DNA from: Myxococcales bacterium
GTDB taxonomy: Bacteria; Myxococcota_A; Polyangia; Polyangiales; DASUME01
Assembly: GCA_047601445.1 (NCBI GenBank)
Contig: JASGJH010000001.1
Location: 6,112,001 to 6,176,000 of the forward strand
Length of the DNA: 64,000 nucleotides
Reading direction: 5' to 3'
Shown piece after piece: positions 1 to 12,149 of the stretch. Under the pieces are notes generated by a model, which made no database searches, was not told the origin of the DNA, and saw only the letters and a list, made by a program, of their open reading frames with translations. The position numbers and the translations under genes are program-made. The number at the start of each line of letters is the position of its first letter. Position 1 is the first letter of the stretch.

Positions 1-50
1 ATGCCGAGCGCGGCGCGCTCTGCGACGTGTTGGCGGTAGGCTTCAAGCAT
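1..50 (-). CDS. acnB: Aconitate hydratase B, 5' end only (runs off window)
   Basis: Reverse strand from ATG at 50 reads MLEAYRQHVAERAALG, matching the AcnB N-terminus; GGAGAG RBS upstream. Not in the ORF track. Confidence 0.85.
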   Translation of the reverse strand, partial: MLEAYRQHVAERAALG

Positions 51-667
51 GCTGCTGCTCTCCTTACGGACGTGACGACCATGTTGGGCTCGGTCGCCCT
101 CTCCGAGGGCGGCGCTAGAACCACGAACGACTCGATTCCACATAGCATTTTTCTGCGCCTTTGCGGCCCCCAAGCGCGGACGGAGCGCGGCCTGCGGCGC
201 CGCAGGACTGTTTCGAGTCAGCATCAGCCAGAGCCGGGTCGGCTCGCACCCAGCTCGGTGTCCGACCAACTCCGACCTCGCGTGCCCGATGCGAGGGAAG
301 TTGCAGGTTCGCTCACCGAGCGCTGCTCGAGACACGGGCTCACCACCATCACCCCAAGTACTCCGGGAGAGTTCTGTGCACGCACCGAGTGGAAGAAATG
401 CCCATGGAGCGCCCGGACCCTGGCTGACAAGCTGCGTTGACGCGCGCTGTTTGTCCCCGTTTTTGTGGGATGAGTCCGCGTGAATGCAACGGGCAGCACA
501 GGCTCGACGAGCGCGGAGAATGGCTTGCTCCAATCGCGCAACACCGGCTAAGAACGTAGACCCAGGAGCTACGTTGATAGCTGGAACACGTGGCCCGAGG
601 CGCACTGTTATCGTCCGTTCGCGCACCCGAGGGTGCGCTTCGACTTCTCCCTCAGGATCCGCGTAAC

Positions 668-2245
668 GTGAAGTTGTCCGATCGCCCTTGGTCCCCACCA
701 GAGACCGGCCAGGGATGTCCTACCCAGACCCTGGAGAGCGTTCCCGGCACGCGGCCGAGCGGCGACTATCGCCCTCCGGCCGACAGCTTGCGCGATTTAC
801 CGGCCCAGGCGCCGCAAACACTCGACTCTCTTTGCGCTCAGGTGGAGCGCGAAGAACACGCCGGCAACGTGCTGCGCATGCGCCAAGCCGCGGCCATCGG
901 CGCCTGGTTGTGGCCGTGCTTCTTCGCTACCGACTGGCTGATGGCCAGCTTCGTGACCCCCACGAGCTGGGTGTCGTATGCGGGGCTCCGGCTGGCTGGC
1001 TGGATCGGCGTGATCGCGGGCTACCTTGTGCTCAAGTTGCCGCCGCATCCCAGCAAGGCCCTGGTGCTCGCGAGCGAACTCATGGTCTACGGCACCACCG
1101 CCGCCGCCGTGTCGTTCATGTGCCTGCTCCAAAGTGGGCTCGACTCTCCCTACGCGGCCGGCATCCCCGTGATCTTCACGGTGCGCGCCGCCTTCTTGGC
1201 AGTGCCCTGGCGCCGCGCGCTGCCCTCCACCGTGGTCTGTGCGCTGACCTACCCGCTCGTGATGTTGGGCGCTGCCGTGGTGCGCGGTGACCTCGTGGCG
1301 ACGCTCTCGGACAAGAGTGAGCTGGCCGTCTTCTTGCTGTACAACGCCCTGATCTGGACCACCATGTTCGCCACCCTCGTGGGCGGCAACGCCACCTGGG
1401 CCCTGCGGCGTCAGGCCTTCGAGGCGCGCAGCGTGGGGCGCTACCGGCTCGTGCGCCAGATCGCGCGTGGCGGCATGGGAGAGGTGTGGATCGCCCATCA
1501 CATCACGCTGCGACGCAACGTGGCGCTCAAGCTACTGCGCTCCGATCGTCTCTCCGACGTGGCGCTCAAGCGCTTCGAGCGCGAGGTGCAGGCGACCTGC
1601 GAGCTCACGCATCCGAACACCGTGCGCGTGTTCGATTACGGGGCCACCGACGACGGTCTCTGGTACTACGCCATGGAGTTGCTCGAGGGGCTGGACTTGG
1701 CGAGCAGCGTGCAGCGCGACGGACCGATGGCCGAGAAGCGTGCTCTGCAGCTCATGCTGCAGGTCTCGGGTGCCCTGGCCGAAGCCCACGCCCGCAACAT
1801 CGTGCACCGCGACATCAAGCCCGAGAACATCTTCCTGTGCCAGACGGGTGGCAATCAGGAATTCGCCAAGGTGCTCGACTTCGGTATCGCCAAGCGCAGC
1901 GACGGCGATCAGCCCATCACGCACTCCGATCGGTTGCTCGGCACGCTGGCCTATTTGTCGCCGGAGATCGCGCTGGGCGGGCAAGCCGACGCGCGCACGG
2001 ATGTGTATGGGTTGGGCGGCGTGCTCTACTACGCGTTGGTGGGCGGGGCGCCCTTCGACGGGGTACCTGCCTCGCAGTTGGTGGCCGCGCACATCTCCCA
2101 AACGCCGGCCCTGCCGAGCGTGCGTCTCCAGCGCGGCATCGACCCGCGCCTCGAGGAGATCGTGATGCGCTGCCTCGAGAAGAAGCCGACCGAGCGTTTC
2201 GCCCACTCAGGGGAGCTCTACGCGGCCCTGGCCAACCTCACCTGA
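668..2245 (+). CDS. Membrane Ser/Thr protein kinase with N-terminal multi-TM domain and C-terminal kinase domain
   Basis: About 6 hydrophobic segments, then GGMGEVW, VALK, HRDIKPEN, DFG, GTLAYLSPE. Start uncertain (GTG 590 or 668). Confidence 0.9.
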   Translation: MKLSDRPWSPPETGQGCPTQTLESVPGTRPSGDYRPPADSLRDLPAQAPQTLDSLCAQVEREEHAGNVLRMRQAAAIGAWLWPCFFATDWLMASFVTPTSWVSYAGLRLAGWIGVIAGYLVLKLPPHPSKALVLASELMVYGTTAAAVSFMCLLQSGLDSPYAAGIPVIFTVRAAFLAVPWRRALPSTVVCALTYPLVMLGAAVVRGDLVATLSDKSELAVFLLYNALIWTTMFATLVGGNATWALRRQAFEARSVGRYRLVRQIARGGMGEVWIAHHITLRRNVALKLLRSDRLSDVALKRFEREVQATCELTHPNTVRVFDYGATDDGLWYYAMELLEGLDLASSVQRDGPMAEKRALQLMLQVSGALAEAHARNIVHRDIKPENIFLCQTGGNQEFAKVLDFGIAKRSDGDQPITHSDRLLGTLAYLSPEIALGGQADARTDVYGLGGVLYYALVGGAPFDGVPASQLVAAHISQTPALPSVRLQRGIDPRLEEIVMRCLEKKPTERFAHSGELYAALANLT

Positions 2246-2275
2246 GGCGCAGTTCGAGCAGCGCGGAGGGCTCGC

Positions 2276-3028
2276 TCACGGGAGCGCTGCCACGAAGCGC
2301 ACGCGGACGTAGTCGAGGGTCCAGTTGCCGTCCGCGTCCTTCAACCTGGGCGCTACCCGGGCCCGTACGTCGTCGAGGTACGCGGCACGCTCCTTCACGG
2401 GCAAGGCATCCGTGAAGTGCTGACCGAAGGTGGCGATCCAGGCCGCGACATCGCCAGGCAGCGGGGTCGGACGCGGGAAGCACACCACCTGCTGCACGCG
2501 AAAGCCAGCCGCGGTCAGCAATGCGCCGTACTCGGCGTCGCTCCGGAAGTGCCACGGCACGCGGGCCTCTCCGTTCACGCCGCGCCGATCGAGCTCCTCC
2601 ACCAGAGCGCTTCGCAGGATCTGTACGTTGCCCGCACCGCCACACTCGGCGACGAAGCGCCCACCCGGGCGCAGTGCCCGCGCCACACCCGCGAACACGG
2701 CTTCGATCTGCGGCATCCAGTGCAGCGCGGCGTTGCTGAACACCGCGTCGAACTCCGCCACGAAGGGCAGGGCCTGCGCGTCCATCACGCGTGCGTCCAC
2801 GCCGCGTGCCTGGGCCGCTGCGATCAGCTCGGGACTCGCATCCACGCCGACCACCTCCACGCCCTGGCTCGCCAGCTCGAGCGCCAAGCTGCCCTCCCCA
2901 CAGGCGAGGTCCAGCACGCGCTCACCCGCCTTCGCCTCGAGCAGCTCCAGCAGCGACATGCCGAACCGCGATACGAAGCTGGCATTGGTGACGTAGCGTT
3001 CGGCGTTCCAGGTTTGCTTGTAAGTCAA
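2276..3028 (-). CDS. Class I SAM-dependent methyltransferase (Tam-like)
   Basis: VLDLACGEG motif I and FDAVFSNAALHW; TTG start. Confidence 0.9.
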   Translation of the reverse strand: MTYKQTWNAERYVTNASFVSRFGMSLLELLEAKAGERVLDLACGEGSLALELASQGVEVVGVDASPELIAAAQARGVDARVMDAQALPFVAEFDAVFSNAALHWMPQIEAVFAGVARALRPGGRFVAECGGAGNVQILRSALVEELDRRGVNGEARVPWHFRSDAEYGALLTAAGFRVQQVVCFPRPTPLPGDVAAWIATFGQHFTDALPVKERAAYLDDVRARVAPRLKDADGNWTLDYVRVRFVAALP

Positions 3029-3029
3029 A

Positions 3030-3059
3030 GGGCACCGTCCTCTCTCGAGTACGGTGCCC
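3030..3059 (-). terminator. Hairpin: possible terminator, overlapping the RBS of the methyltransferase
   Basis: GGGCACCGT/ACGGTGCCC 9-bp stem followed by TTTGACTT on the minus strand. Confidence 0.45.
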
Positions 3060-3117
3060 CTTTCTAAGCTATCGATCCAATGAAACGTTTTCGCCGTTTC
3101 TATTCACGGCGAGAATA

Positions 3118-4533
3118 TCACGGTGCGGGCGCGAACAGGTGCCCCTGCTCGTTGGCCTCGTCCGCGAGGAGCTTGGAGATCCACTCGGCGATGGTCAGGT
3201 CGTTGGTGTTCTTATCGTAGAACTCCGAGCGCCACAGGTGCATGTGCTTGCCGCCCTCGAGCGTGTAGAAGCCGACGGTGCCGCGCTTCACCACGTTGGT
3301 GAGCACGTCCTGTAGACCCTTCGTGAACTTGTCGACCGAGTATGCACCGCCGTTGGCGATGGCCTGCTCCACCGTGTTGGACATGGGGTCCACCGTGCAG
3401 TTGTTCTCGCCCGGAGCGTAGAAGGCGCGGATGATCTCGTCGCCCACGCTGGAGATCATGCCGCCCAGCATGCGTCCCTTGTACTTCTCGTGGAACAGGT
3501 ACTTGCCGTAGCCCGTGACGATGCCACCGCCATCGGCCTGGAAGCAGTCCGCGCAGTCCTTGGGCAGGATGGCGTCGAGACCCCAGGTTTCGCGCCAGCG
3601 CTTCTGCAGGCATGCCGCCATGAAGTCGTCCTGGAACGGCACGCCGGAGTCGCTGATGGCGTAGACCTTGGCGTTGCCGCGCTTCTTGAACCACTCGATG
3701 GTGTAGTCGGCGTTGAACAGGGTGCCGAAGCCGCCCGCGCTGGAGCCGGTGAGCAACACCTTGTCGGAGTTCTTGAAGGTGGGGCCGAAGCTGTCGAGGA
3801 ACTTCTCGTAGTTGAGGCGGCCGGTGAACTGCTGGGGGCCGTCGATGCCCTCGATCATCACGTCCTTGCGCGTGCCCGCGTGGATGTCACCCGTGCAGTA
3901 GGGGACGTAGATCATGCTCCACTTGGCGGCCGGATTGCTCGCGTCGGCGCGCTTGAAGATGCCCTCCTCGGGAGCCTTCTGCTTGCCGCGCAACGACAGG
4001 TTCTCCGCGCCGTTGATGCCCACCAGCAATTCCGGCAAGCCGTGGATCAGCGACTCGATGGGGAAGTCGTAGTTCACGTTGGTGGGGTTCAAGTTGCAGA
4101 AGAACTTGTCCGCGCAGGCGCCGCCACCGTTGAGGTAGATCAGCAGGCTGTTCTCGGTACCCTTGCGATAGAAGTAGCCGGCGGGCGAGCCATCGCGGCA
4201 AGTGGTGTTCGCCATCGAGACCCAGTTCCAGTCGTTGTCGTCGGGCATGCCCTTGGGCAGCTCGCCGTTGCCCGTGTCGCCATCGCCGTCGCCCGTGCCG
4301 CCATCGCCGTCGCCGTCACCCGTGTCACCGTCGCCGGAGTCGCCGTCGCCGGAGTCGCCATCGCCGGAGTCGCCATCGCCGGAGTCGCCATCGCCGGAGT
4401 CGCCATCGCCGTCCCCGTCCCCTGGGGTGGAGGGATTGCCCTCGCTGCGGGTAGTCGTGCTGTCGCCACAGGCAGCGAGGCCGGATGTAAGCGTCGAAAG
4501 CCCAATTAACCAAGCCAATGCACGCGAGTTCAT
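3118..4533 (-). CDS. Pectinacetylesterase-family hydrolase lipoprotein with GDGDS linker
   Basis: Lipobox LAAC; CRDGSPAGY, YLNGGGAC, YVPYCTGD, LTGSSAGG nucleophile motif. Start taken at MNSRAL. Confidence 0.85.
   Translation of the reverse strand: MNSRALAWLIGLSTLTSGLAACGDSTTTRSEGNPSTPGDGDGDGDSGDGDSGDGDSGDGDSGDGDSGDGDTGDGDGDGGTGDGDGDTGNGELPKGMPDDNDWNWVSMANTTCRDGSPAGYFYRKGTENSLLIYLNGGGACADKFFCNLNPTNVNYDFPIESLIHGLPELLVGINGAENLSLRGKQKAPEEGIFKRADASNPAAKWSMIYVPYCTGDIHAGTRKDVMIEGIDGPQQFTGRLNYEKFLDSFGPTFKNSDKVLLTGSSAGGFGTLFNADYTIEWFKKRGNAKVYAISDSGVPFQDDFMAACLQKRWRETWGLDAILPKDCADCFQADGGGIVTGYGKYLFHEKYKGRMLGGMISSVGDEIIRAFYAPGENNCTVDPMSNTVEQAIANGGAYSVDKFTKGLQDVLTNVVKRGTVGFYTLEGGKHMHLWRSEFYDKNTNDLTIAEWISKLLADEANEQGHLFAPAP
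4331..4405. repeat. Five tandem 15-bp coding repeats (DGDSG)
   Basis: TCGCCGGAGTCGCC(A/G) x5. Confidence 0.9.
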
Positions 4534-4747
4534 GCAGAACCTCAAGGTAAGAAGGGCACTCAAGTCATGTGCCCGCACAGACCACACCAGTAACCGGAGC
4601 GACCACATTGGATCCAGCGCAATGCGCTTAATGTCAGGCACATGGCATCTGTGGTCACCCATATTCCAAAATCACCACCACGATGCGGTTTCGGTGAATT
4701 CCGAACGTGAGCAAGCTCGCACCACCGCCTGCTAGGAAACCGAGGTC

Positions 4748-5401
4748 ATGATCCGCTTCGAGCTCGACCACCCGACACTGAGACTCGGCGTCGTCCGCGC
4801 CGACATCCTTCGAGTAGGGCCGTCCGATGAACGCCTCCTCTCCGCCATGACGGCCGCCGAGGCAGCGCTCCGCGTAAACCCGGCTGGCTTCTCCGAACCT
4901 ACCCGCGCAGCCATTCGGGACGTTCTCCGGCGCGGTGGCTACAAGCCGACCGGACGAGGCAAGCCGGCCTCGGAGTTCTTGTTCGGCGCCGCGACCAGCG
5001 AAGCGGGCATGCCGCGCGTGAACAACCTGGTGGACATCAACAACCTGGCGTCGTTGGAGAGCGCCCACCCGATCTCCATCTTCGACGCGGCTCTATTGGG
5101 AGACGACATCACGCTGCGCTTCGGAGGCGAAGGCGAAAGCTACGTCTTCAATGCGTCGGGCCAGACCATGGATGTGAAGGGACTCCCGGTGATCTGCCGT
5201 GGCGCCGCGCGCGAACCCGTGGGCAATGCCGTGAAGGACTCGATGCTGTGCAAGGTGCATCCGGGCACGCGAAGAGTGCTCGTGGCGGCGTACGGCACGC
5301 GCGCGCTGCCGGAGCGAGCGCTAGAGCTGGTGTGCGAGCGACTCGGGGAGCTGCTGGAGGCTCATGCGGGAGGCACGCTCATCGAACACGCGGTGCTCTA
5401 G
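4748..5401 (+). CDS. Standalone B3/B4-domain protein (PheT editing-like)
   Basis: YKPTGRGKPASEFL, PRVNNLVDINN, PISIFD motifs. Confidence 0.85.
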   Translation: MIRFELDHPTLRLGVVRADILRVGPSDERLLSAMTAAEAALRVNPAGFSEPTRAAIRDVLRRGGYKPTGRGKPASEFLFGAATSEAGMPRVNNLVDINNLASLESAHPISIFDAALLGDDITLRFGGEGESYVFNASGQTMDVKGLPVICRGAAREPVGNAVKDSMLCKVHPGTRRVLVAAYGTRALPERALELVCERLGELLEAHAGGTLIEHAVL

Positions 5402-5410
5402 CTGGCACCC

Positions 5411-5662
5411 GTGGCCTCTGGCAGGAGCGGGGCGGCGGGCCGTCTGGCGGCCGAGAGTCGCGCCATGAGGCGAGCGCCACGCCGTGGGGTCGGCCATGGA
5501 GTCGCTTCGAGTCTTGGTGCGCAAGGCGCGCAGGAAGCGCGCAGGCTCAGTCTCCGTCGGATCGTTCGCTGACAGCGTCCACCGGTCGAGCTGCGCTTCT
5601 GATCGAGGCGCGCCAAGACTCGGCGCCAGACGGCCCGCCGCCCTGCTCCTGCCAGAGGCCAC
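5411..5662 (+). repeat. Hairpin element copy A (~250 bp, 39-bp terminal inverted repeat)
   Basis: Arms GTGGCCTCTGGCAGGAGCGGGGCGGCGGGCCGTCTGGCG and its reverse complement with one G-T pair; core shared with copies B, C, D. Confidence 0.9.
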
Positions 5663-5761
5663 TGCGTCCACACGAAGGCTCGGGGTGCTCGAGTGATCGT
5701 TGGTCCAAGTGCGCTCGAATGGACTCGTGCACCCAATGAGATCGCACGGACGTCGAGCGAT

Positions 5762-5851
5762 CAGATGAGGACATCGAGCTCACTAGAGAACAGATGAGGA
5801 CATCGAGCTCACTAGAGAGACCACACGAGGAGGCTCGAGCTTACTAGAGAA
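5762..5851. repeat. 29-30-bp tandem repeats between hairpin copies A and B
   Basis: CAGATGAGGACATCGAGCTCACTAGAGA twice exactly, plus one degenerate unit. Confidence 0.85.
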
Positions 5852-5859
5852 CACACGGG

Positions 5860-6100
5860 GCCCCTGGTAGCGTCGTGCGGGCGGGTTCCCTCTGGCGCCG
5901 AGTCTTGGCGCGCCTCGACTCGATGCGAAGCGAGACCGGTGGACCCGGTCAGCGAACGGAGCGACGGAGACTGAGCCTGCGCGCCTTGCGCACCACGACT
6001 AGAAGCGATCTATGAACCGACGCCCATGGCGTGGCGCCTGATCCATGGCGCGACTCTCGGCCAGCCAGAGGGAACCCGCCCGCACGACGCTACCAGGGGC
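5860..6100 (-). repeat. Hairpin element copy B (inverted relative to A)
   Basis: Perfect 37-bp terminal IR GCCCCTGGTAGCGTCGTGCGGGCGGGTTCCCTCTGGC; core is the reverse complement of the A core with a short deletion. Confidence 0.9.
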
Positions 6101-6317
6101 TGCGAGTGTCGTTTACATCGCAGACCGTTTACGTCCCTGATTCCAGGGCGAAAAAGTCGTTGCTCCCAGCTGGCGACGTGCCGCACCATCGTTGATGGCA
6201 CTGAAAGTATGAGCTCGTAGCGGAGAGCCGGGGGGCTCTCGCTCGTAGCGGATGCTGTCGCGGAGACGTGGGATCCGCGCGCTGTGTACCTGCGCGCGCG
6301 ATACCCGAGGGGGCGTA

Positions 6318-7001
6318 ATGAAGTCGTGGATCCTGCGTGGTGCTTGGGCCGCGCTGCTCTCGTTAGGTTCGTGGGCCTGCATCATTGGAAACGAAAAGTG
6401 CGATGCCCATCAAGTCGAGCTGAATAAGGATAGCTACTCCCTCTGCGTCTGCGAACCGAACGCGGTCATCAACGCTAACGGCGTGGGCTGCACGCCGTGC
6501 GGAGCCAACGAAGAAGCCAAGGACGACCAGTGCGTCTGCAAGGATGGCTTCGCGAAGTTGAGCGCCGATGGCGGCTGCGAGCCGAGTGCGATCGGTGGCG
6601 CGTGCAACGTGGCGTCCGACTGCAGCGAGGCCTTCCCGTACTGCACGGGCGAGTCTGGCTACTGCACTGCGCGCGACTGCAGTGCGAACGCGGACTGTCC
6701 CGCTGGCTGGTCGTGTGAAGCCGCGGGCGACGTCAAATACTGCAAAAAAGCCCCTTCTGGCCTCGGTTCTCCCTGCGAGAGCAACGACGACTGTAGTGGC
6801 TTCGAGGCTGCGTACTGCGACCAGGTCCAGAGCCACACCTGCATCCTGCAAGGTTGCGCGGTGGGCGACGCGGTGTGCCCGAGCGAGTGGGGTTGCTGTG
6901 ACTACTCGGCGCTGCTCGGCTCTCCGCTTTCCGTGTGCGTCGGGCCCGACGCATTGAGCGGCGGCAGCTGTCCTTCGGGCGGAAGTTTGGTGACGCCATG
7001 A
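6318..7001 (+). CDS. Cys-rich putative lipoprotein
   Basis: Signal ending SWAC; many CxxxxDC repeats; GGGGG RBS-like run upstream; ATGA overlap with next gene. Confidence 0.8.
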   Translation: MKSWILRGAWAALLSLGSWACIIGNEKCDAHQVELNKDSYSLCVCEPNAVINANGVGCTPCGANEEAKDDQCVCKDGFAKLSADGGCEPSAIGGACNVASDCSEAFPYCTGESGYCTARDCSANADCPAGWSCEAAGDVKYCKKAPSGLGSPCESNDDCSGFEAAYCDQVQSHTCILQGCAVGDAVCPSEWGCCDYSALLGSPLSVCVGPDALSGGSCPSGGSLVTP

Positions 7002-8497
7002 AGAAGCTGCGCACGCTCCTCTTCGTGGTGCTGGGGCTCGCCTTCGTGGGCCCGCTCACCGTGGCACGTGGTCAAGAAGCACGACCTGGTGCGGAATCGG
7101 ATCCGTCGGCGACGAGCGCCCCGACTCCGGCTCCGACCGAGGCGACGTCCGAAAGCACTCCGAATGGTGAGGCCGCCGCCTCCGCGCCGAGTGAACCGGC
7201 GGCGCAGGCCGAGCCAGCCCTGGTGGAGGAGTCCATCGCGGTGCCGGCTTTGCCCGCGAGCGGCGACGCGGCAGGCGCGGCCACCTTGAGCGCTGCCGAG
7301 CTGGAGAGCATGGGTCTCGAGCTCGACAATCGCGGCCTCGACACCAGCATTCGTTTCAGCGGGTTCAGCGACTTCACCACGTACACGCCGATCAAGCCCG
7401 GTGGTGCCGCTAGCGTGGGTTTGCCTCGGCACTCCTCCTTCTATGTGGGCAACCTGAACCTCTATGTGTCCAAGAACCTCAGCGAAGCGTTCCGGACCAT
7501 GGCGGAGGTTCGCTTCACCTTCTTGCCCAATGGCTCGACCCAGGGCGCCGGGCTCGGTTCCGATCCGGTGGACTCCACGGTCCGCGACTACGCGGAGAAC
7601 AACCGCACCATCCGCTACGGCGCCATCATCATGCAGCGCGTCTACCTCGAGTGGACCATGCACCGCCTGATCACGGTGCGCGCCGGTCAGTTCCTCACGC
7701 CCTACGGCATCTGGAACGTGGACCATGGTTCGCCGGCCTATATCCCCACGCAGCGCCCCTACGCCGTCAACAGCAACTACTTCCCCGAGCGCCAAACGGG
7801 TCTCGAGATGTTCGGTCGCTACGACGCCGGCAACTTCAACACCTTCGGCTATCACCTCACGCTCTCGAATGGCGTGGGCTCGATCAGTGAGTACCGCGAC
7901 CTGGACGACAACAAGGCCATCGGTGGTCGGCTGTACTGGGAGAGCCACCGCGTCGGTTACTTCAGGCTCGGCACGTCGGGTTACTACGGACGCGCCACGA
8001 ACTCGCTGGCCAAGGTCAATCTCGGCGGGACCAAGGTCGACGTCAACGAGGTCATCTCCCTCCAGTACGACGCGCTCGCGCTGGCAGCGGACATGCAGTT
8101 CAAGGTCAAGGGCTTCCACCTCCAGGCGGAGTGGGTGAGCCAGCAGCGGCGCTACACCAAGGACGGTCGCACGGTGCACGGCATCGTGCTGGGTCCGGTG
8201 GCGCGTGGCTTCTCGCAGGACTCGTTCTCCTGGGGCGGCTACGGCTTGTTGGCCTACCAGTTCGATTGGTTCGGTCTGACTCCCTTCGTGATGGCTCAAT
8301 ACAACAGCGAGATGTTCATGGATCCGCTGTACGACACGCGCCTGAGGACGGTCGCGCTCCACGGCGGCCTGAATGTGCACCCGATCGACGCGGTCACCCT
8401 CAAGGCCGAGTACCTGCAGGGCACCTTCCCGGGCGCCAACGCGTTCTTTTCGCATCCAATCAGGGCGGTCGAGTTCCAAGCCGCTTGGGCGTTTTGA
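6998..8497 (+). CDS. Outer-membrane beta-barrel/porin-like protein
   Basis: Signal peptide, Pro/Ala linker, amphipathic strands, AGQFLTPYGIWN, DNKAIGGR, terminal Phe (AAWAF). Confidence 0.75.
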   Translation: MKKLRTLLFVVLGLAFVGPLTVARGQEARPGAESDPSATSAPTPAPTEATSESTPNGEAAASAPSEPAAQAEPALVEESIAVPALPASGDAAGAATLSAAELESMGLELDNRGLDTSIRFSGFSDFTTYTPIKPGGAASVGLPRHSSFYVGNLNLYVSKNLSEAFRTMAEVRFTFLPNGSTQGAGLGSDPVDSTVRDYAENNRTIRYGAIIMQRVYLEWTMHRLITVRAGQFLTPYGIWNVDHGSPAYIPTQRPYAVNSNYFPERQTGLEMFGRYDAGNFNTFGYHLTLSNGVGSISEYRDLDDNKAIGGRLYWESHRVGYFRLGTSGYYGRATNSLAKVNLGGTKVDVNEVISLQYDALALAADMQFKVKGFHLQAEWVSQQRRYTKDGRTVHGIVLGPVARGFSQDSFSWGGYGLLAYQFDWFGLTPFVMAQYNSEMFMDPLYDTRLRTVALHGGLNVHPIDAVTLKAEYLQGTFPGANAFFSHPIRAVEFQAAWAF

Positions 8498-8502
8498 GGA
8501 GC

Positions 8503-8999
8503 ATGAAGATGGGCAAGCTAATGCACATGTTCGCTGTCTTCCTCCTGGGCCTCGCGATGCTCCTGCCGGTGCAGTCTGGTGTTCGGGCCGAGGTCAACCA
8601 GCCGCTCGTGGTGGTGGTCGGCGTGAAGACAAACCTCACCGACATCTCGCTCGCGATGCTGCGCCGCGCTTTCCAGGGCGAGGGCGCCAGCACTTCCGAC
8701 GGCAAGCGTCTGGTGCCGCTCAACCACGCCGTGGGAAGCAGCGAGCGCGCGCTGTTCGACCGCGCGGTACTGGGCCTCGAGCCAAGCGAGGTGGGTCGCT
8801 TTTGGATCAACCGTCGCATCCGTGACGAAGGCGCGCCGCCGCGCACCTTGCCGTCGGCGGACATGGGCGTGCGCGTGGTGGCCTCCTATCCTGGCGCCAT
8901 CACCTACGTGAGCGCCAAGAACGTCAACGCCAACGTCCGCGTGCTGCGGATCGACGGCAAGCTCCCGCAGGACGCGGGCTACCTGCTGACGGGGCGCTG

Positions 9000-9000
<1 letters not shown>
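8503..9000 (+). CDS. Small periplasmic protein resembling phosphate-binding-like (PBP) proteins
   Basis: Signal peptide; [11 protein letters not shown] and [11 protein letters not shown] motifs; GAGGAG RBS. Confidence 0.7.
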
Positions 9001-11647
<2,647 letters not shown>

Positions 11648-11658
<11 letters not shown>

Positions 11659-12052
11659 ACTGAAAGTACTGGTGGTCGACGATGACGACGTAGTGAGGGT
11701 GCAGCTCGCCAGCTTGCTCACTGCCGCGCAACACATGGCGTTCCAGCTGCCGAGCGCCATCGGCGTCACGCGCGCCGTGATGCAACACCAGGTCGACGTG
11801 GTGGCCATCGACATCATGATGCCGTCCTTGCCGGGCGACAAGCTCGCCTCCTTGCTGCGACAGAATGCCAAACTGAAGCACCTCGGCGTGGTGCTGATTT
11901 CGAGCCGGCCGGTGGAAGAATTGCAGCAGTTGGCCGATGAAGTAAGCGCGGATGCGGTGGTGGCCAAGGACAGCCTGCGCACCGATTTCGTGCCCGCCAT
12001 CGAACGCGCTGCGCGCGCCCGTGCCGGCCTTGCCCGCGGCAAGACCGGCTGA
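11648..12052 (+). CDS. Single-domain response regulator
   Basis: VLVVDDD, IDIMMP, VAK motifs. Confidence 0.85.
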
Positions 12053-12149
12053 GCTCATCTCACGCTGCGCGCGCTCGCGCGAAAGATCTGGCTCCATCCC
12101 CGTCCCGGGTCCACGCTGTAGGGTGGCGCTCAACCTCCGCTTGTCTTCC

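Noticed and set aside
27..666. Small ORFs between acnB and the first kinase
   Set aside because: No recognisable motifs; one overlaps the acnB start; likely a divergent promoter region.
5524..5545. SRP RNA or tRNA suggested by the GCGCGCAGGAAGCGCGC hairpin
   Set aside because: No SRP domain IV consensus or cloverleaf; the segment is multicopy and deleted in copy B.
5762..5851. CRISPR array
   Set aside because: Units are directly adjacent with no unique spacers, and there are no cas genes in the window.
5248..6220. Short ORFs over the hairpin elements (also 22774-23572) sharing VRKARRKRAGSVSV
   Set aside because: The similarity comes from the DNA repeat; starts, stops and frames are not conserved between copies.
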